Shown: positions 62,201 to 64,000 of the stretch, one piece after another
How the letters are laid out: the number at the start of each line of letters is the position of its first letter
Numbering within the stretch: the first letter of the stretch is position 1
Source: Deltaproteobacteria bacterium
GTDB lineage: Bacteria; Myxococcota_A; Polyangia; Fen-1088
Length of the DNA: 64,000 nucleotides
Reading direction: 5' to 3'
NCBI GenBank assembly: GCA_033763315.1
Contig: JANRKS010000019.1
Span: 459,311 to 523,310 of the forward strand
Program-made: the position numbers and the translations under genes
Notes under the pieces: model-generated
Told to the model about the DNA's origin: nothing
The model's input: the letters and a program-made list of their open reading frames with translations, nothing else
The model's database searches: none

Positions 62201-62880
62201 AGAGCTCCATGTTAAACATGCAGTCATTCGGCAGGCTTGGCGTGAGTGCGAGCGGCAAACTAGGTTTGGCATACAAGGCAGGAGCAGGACCCGCCGAGGG
62301 TCAACTACTCCAAAAGAATGGCAGCGGTCCCAACAAGGACGCTAAGGGCATCGCGACAGGAGATGCAACAGCGGGCGGCAAGAATGAACCAAAAGCATTC
62401 TCGAAGCTTGATCATGCAATCGACTACGCCACGCGACAGGCACAATCACTGACACGGCAGGATGCGGAGAGGCTTGAGGCACAAGGAGACAATCCCGATC
62501 TTGCAAAGGAGTATGGCATGGCGATCTATACGTCTGACTCACGAAAGGGCTTCATCGTTGGGCCGGCCGTAGAAGGGCGAGGTCGGTCTGTAGGGGGATG
62601 GCCTCAAGTAAACCCTAGAGAGCTGGTGGAAAGCACGCCCGAGAAAAGTAGGATTGTTGCTCTTGCCCACTCACACCCTACGAATAACGCTTCAAGCAGT
62701 GCCACTTTAAACGATTTCCAAACAGCTCGGGTCATACGTCAGCGCGCGGACGTTGTGCGTGCTGCGGGGCAAGAGCAACAGTTGCCGGGTCATCGAGTTC
62801 TGGATCTTCAAAGAATCTCGATCGGCTATCCTGATGGAACAATCCAGCGGTATGATCCTCGCACAGGGAGAATATATTGA
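53287..62880 (+). CDS. Giant lipoprotein Rhs/YD-repeat toxin (FG-GAP + PPC + Cys-rich repeats + SpvB/TcB-like + Rhs core + C-terminal toxin domain)
   Basis: Lipobox LGAC23; FG..VA..VVGAP repeats; DVDLF/DPDLY..ESC PPC domains; CDDGNACT repeats; SpvB-like IPLWVPPG..PNLSLEYNS.GGNG.VGVGW; YD repeats; RGFTGHE..NGRIFDP..GRF.SPDP; NPVGATDPTGY. Confidence 0.92.
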   Translation: MNFISNVVRGSVPLLLVLALGACGKSADNKANVRLEGDQAVKVSKDFPSAIGNGGQFGSRVAMSGNLAVVGAPNDVNPMGTTTGAAYIYERQANNTWLLKQKLFPISSLVDGKSGQMFGAAVAISGERVFVGAPLSVDPAVGQPRGSVHVFEKQSQEGPLWVEDVRWGIPNLLTTGQWTVGGGSAGTQWRQFGPMTIGSGASWTVSTVGTNDVDLFTRKGAAPDQTNKDCAPWTGSSNESCVLSGAGDHYIGVRGYAGQSKFTVQASLPSQSLALQQQITYGPFTVQPGQRLRAQLTGTGDPDLYLHNAATRAASTDICASDSSATTESCVRQTSAAYYVSVYGYQASTFQLQVIFEPGHDDITSGGGYALIGSGLSATGDLVAVTGPNQLNVSTGKVNVLRKNARGHWKIESTIGDPENTSNTGQFGTSVAMTSNRLVIGASGGGGRVLTYSYAAGTWVNDTRAELVAGVMQQVPWILRDKAGAEVGNAVAVAVDADRFALGVPSANAGKGIVRVFDWDGDRWTERQKMVPQGTSTAGFGTSVALYSGKVAVGAPYNDGVGAAYLFANVGSKEPAVYQPTAATSGSNFGNDVALGATMLLGGAPYHGASLQGAIFGIVPFSDVCGAPLSDGMPCDDGNACTTGEKCQAGVCKSPTGTVTCNDGAECTADSCHPQLGCVYDTRVPEQQGWSCSIASCGSGVCQAGTCNTATNTNPMCQLTPEVSCVYPSGSGFRAVFGYRNTTTPGTNLSIAVGSNDTATNKINKLSSGYSSSDQPTWLQWGYKPNAFTVPLAANASVTWSLGNKTATATGAATCSLVSVRDGTALRLNGVDYLIEPKPDQIVAASIKPTTGAVDPLSSKGDVNPDGSYSHSIPLWVPPGTHGLQPNLSLEYNSRGGNGLVGVGWSLSGFSQITRCPKTKRVAGVVAPVNYKDPAATGSPDEEQFCLDGNPLVKWGDGSYRTRIETFNKITRSGSGTSLAWTVKTKDGRELAFSHGGVTRQRKDGAGNLMPAVVPGWWLTSITDPFNNRIQFDYSNSNGPDSAESAWTLERYPTSIKYNYPNYQREILLKYVDRPAHDVLESYVGGIRYVTTKLLSAVEMRVKNEANSFTSVKEYRLAYHANATNGTNDWSDTSGRKSISGRSLLQSVKECDSSNPVAICGPPTTFDWETGSWAFERTVLNSSVAMDQKLLSITDVDKDGKPDLVTGQVVTKDLCAEAVNGSPPLSSEGLAAFYSGCRVPRPSGYWVGQWYGDSRLPDYGFVSEDDTWHVCDTRKIWGCSTTAPGEPYLEYDPDSQSSPPGVIQIPTNPTMPSGTQLCDGYPRKLYDPQVGGCMILRSDAKFARYKYFRNTSVLRNGAISSSFGTQADVVNKYIVTSATKPDQLPAPLFFDYDNDGTNNVVLQEQDNFDKVQLVQGDYQGGIRLTTEVWALGGNLPIATQTSNEFFLDGGWDMKTFQGTVKALAIADLDSDGKLEIISGAQGPVAADGRYPTYWTRWGFNQPTIHMRKVAWQNKQLEFHQLTNAEEATAMDLDGDGQPEFITTFGDGNFGSETTFPFAKALNRSPTFVDINGDGLVDALDRGISPSTIGQTVIINTGLRGTSAGDPGSPSRYLNPTAKNTDDGVRVGDFDRDGQSDVLLTGAGWNGTVGSSAPVLLLRKGKTFRTVKLDAPAGGLAGITKLNPDTKISNEGLPASERGITGWREIYVLDFDGDGSEDIVQREGAQLVLYRRKGGQPDLMKVINRGLTTINPTEVKYTAITDVDSSGYNPANCATTDLKCNTKEQDRVTSGMWVVKNLTTDAGDDLQTKRVKVYSYADGRTDKVSGAFLGFRQFTTNEFATQTTRTVENYLGSANDLTTEPRPIAGFGFVFAGKPKRETISIRSADGAGFNTTTTDYEYEFVTFSGGSMGLSGMTRPKKITTSIDDFRQTCVGAEKTSTATFNYVTSGAGLLTGELASETVVDKPGAGCAAGVDRTHAERTTTKTMTYHPEDTNKWWVGRVKTATTAITVGSNTVTTSTETVLDSTYGVVKKAITMPSGSADERSETEYTFDSSGMPLTITSRTAGVADRILTTTYDTYGFPRTVTNQLGHRTESVTDPFSGQVVWSRDMNGVITRKVRDGFFREIETQVPTRGDRVLATVTSYTAEASSLTPRRLTVESQLKDTAGTALRSLGYQYTLIDRFGRPSVAYKRNWAGNYVGTEKKYDWLGRLISESVPAVSVGSQGYTRYEYDELDRVTKVYSPECPTPVNATCPRTTTDRVDLKTITTNPDGKVSHSVADTLGRVVETRAMEGTTARGKMTFTYRADDKLLTSRDSVGNVTTMTYDALGRRMKLVDPDAGTTETYYNGLGEVRLEQKMDVSTTPAVAREKTTFVRDILGRTLEQRVEELEDLATSRPARTRATAYAWDTAPYGVGQLTTSASYDGVAKAFAYDSLGRPIVESQVRSSVVQKTSRTYDEAGRLDVLTYPEALTTGQAAGTGVATSVQYTYNDLAGALASVRNAANTTQIYWQAQERDELGRIKKEQFGSGAVTTRSWDAKRGWLTSITTQVGTATPLQAATYSYTPGGLMKGRADTSAPGGSLNESFQYDALNRLQYWCVKDVAGGSNQCGQAQWGVNYVFADNGNLTARKTFVGTTQSSPLENIAFTYPANGQPRPHAVTQRAWAVGSGTGGTFAYDFAGRQWSRMGQTAMSQVVTYNANDLPEKIVTSSSTTTYLYDADGTRYQKKAAFGLNLTRTTTYAGGIYELREEAGTAAGLVPKTHIYYVTAGNTVLAQLKREEPALSTLTAEYMHNDHLGTVSFTTSSAGVASTKVRTDPYGNRFDPTKAPRLDTPPPAAIGGVTRGFTGHEMEVDDLGVVNMNGRIFDPINGRFNSPDPVVQAPSFSQSYNRYMYVMGNPVGATDPTGYMATYDSNGRADQYTVIFGSQDAYHSSWQFLSSHANTGSEWDDQDYDYGDDAAPSEGGRGEMAAKWESSMLNMQSFGRLGVSASGKLGLAYKAGAGPAEGQLLQKNGSGPNKDAKGIATGDATAGGKNEPKAFSKLDHAIDYATRQAQSLTRQDAERLEAQGDNPDLAKEYGMAIYTSDSRKGFIVGPAVEGRGRSVGGWPQVNPRELVESTPEKSRIVALAHSHPTNNASSSATLNDFQTARVIRQRADVVRAAGQEQQLPGHRVLDLQRISIGYPDGTIQRYDPRTGRIY

Positions 62881-63416
62881 GGTTAGCCATCTTTATGCAA
62901 ATTGTGGCCATTGTATCGGCGACGCTAGGCTGTAGAACCGCGCCATCGAACCGATCCCCCAGTCAAGCTGTGGGGTATGATCTGTTCAAAGTAGATCCTC
63001 GTGATCCGCCAATGATCTCGAGCGCCAGGCTTACCGGAGATATGCTTCTAGCTATTGACGCGGTCATTCGGTTTCGACGGGCTGAGCCGACTAGCCGGCA
63101 ATTTCCTGAAGAACTTGATGCAGCAGAGTTCTATTATTCGGCAACATATGCTTTAGGTGAACATGAAACGAAGCCGCAGTTCATTAAGGTCTTTATGGGC
63201 CCGTTGGTCCATGATCTCTTAGATTCCGCCCATCGACAGGGAAATCGCGAGGAGGCTCATTACTTAGTCGATCTGAGGACTAACAGCGTAATTTGCTGGA
63301 ATGCTGTTAGCGAAATGAAAGCTGTGTTCGATCGAAATCGTGATTGTGTCAAATTTCGGCTAATGCCCGACCCTTCCCCGGTGGTGACGGGTTCCAAAGA
63401 CTCCGATTACCGCTAG
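62877..63416 (+). CDS. Putative immunity lipoprotein
   Basis: TTGA overlap with the toxin stop; signal peptide with TLGC lipobox; visibly lower GC. Confidence 0.65.
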   Translation: MRLAIFMQIVAIVSATLGCRTAPSNRSPSQAVGYDLFKVDPRDPPMISSARLTGDMLLAIDAVIRFRRAEPTSRQFPEELDAAEFYYSATYALGEHETKPQFIKVFMGPLVHDLLDSAHRQGNREEAHYLVDLRTNSVICWNAVSEMKAVFDRNRDCVKFRLMPDPSPVVTGSKDSDYR

Positions 63417-63640
63417 CCTGGAATCATGCATGGGCTCGGTTGTCTGCCGGACGGCGATCAACGCATCGACCTAGAAGCGCGTTGTCCGCCTTCTGAAAGA
63501 AGCTACGCGTAGCAGGTTCAGCGAAGGTGGTTAAGATCCTCCGCTTAAGCGGACAGGGCCCCGATAGATGTGGTGGCAAAGAGGCAGAAGATTAGCCAGG
63601 CCACTTTGACCTGCCTGGCACTTTTCGGACCAGCTAAAGT

Positions 63641-63748
63641 CACGACTTGATCTGACAGCGACCTTGCCTGCGACTGTGTCTGTCTGTCACGACCACGACT
63701 TGATCTGACAGCCCCCCAGCCGCGACTATAACCGTCAGGTCAAGTTGT
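63641..63748. repeat. 19-bp direct repeat plus a degenerate inverted copy
   Basis: CACGACTTGATCTGACAGC at 63641 and 63694. The reverse complement of 63734-63748 is ACAACTTGACCTGAC (2 mismatches). Confidence 0.75.
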
Positions 63749-64000
63749 TGCCGCTACTTTACAAGTCGTTCCCCCATACAGATTCACCACACACAACCCA
63801 TTGCGCCATGCACTCATCCATCCTCCTTGCATCCCTTGCGCTCACAACCGCGATCACAACACCGGATCTATCTCGCATCAACGAGTACCCTGAGGTTGCG
63901 TTGGGCCCGCTCCCCACTGATCTATCGGTTCGCGACGATTACGCGGGGGAGGGCGCTTGCAATACGGACGTTTGCTTACAAACGTGGATCCAGTCGCCTA

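Noticed and set aside
63641-63712. Possible mini CRISPR array (19-bp repeat, 34-bp spacer)
   Set aside because: Only two copies, the repeat is shorter than typical CRISPR repeats, and no cas genes are in the window.

Overview
GC-rich bacterial chromosome segment. The gene order tRNA-Val/infC/rpmI/rplT/pheST/ihfA/merR/tRNA-Pro/surE/nlpD, the IF3 C-terminal tail, and the PEGA, FG-GAP and TSP3-OmpA proteins point to a myxobacterium (inference). Bases 1-50 kb are mostly housekeeping: translation genes, a relocated thrS, msrPQ, beta-oxidation, mgtE, hemE, trpBA, GDP-fucose and dTDP-rhamnose synthesis, and a polyprenol-P-sugar/GT-C/TMTC-like glycosylation trio. Bases 50-64 kb look accessory: a GSU2403-type nucleotidyltransferase, a Fic remnant, and a 3197-aa lipoprotein Rhs/TcBC-like toxin with a candidate immunity gene. 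The most notable signal is a tightly coupled minus-strand sulfur-carrier operon (28.6-35.0 kb). It encodes two complementary ThiF/MoeB paralogues: one has all catalytic motifs but no N-terminal arginine-finger helix, and the other keeps only that helix and a dimer-type helix. This suggests a heterodimeric E1 analogous to eukaryotic APPBP1-UBA3 or SAE1-SAE2. All calls come from motif recognition by eye; no database searches were run.
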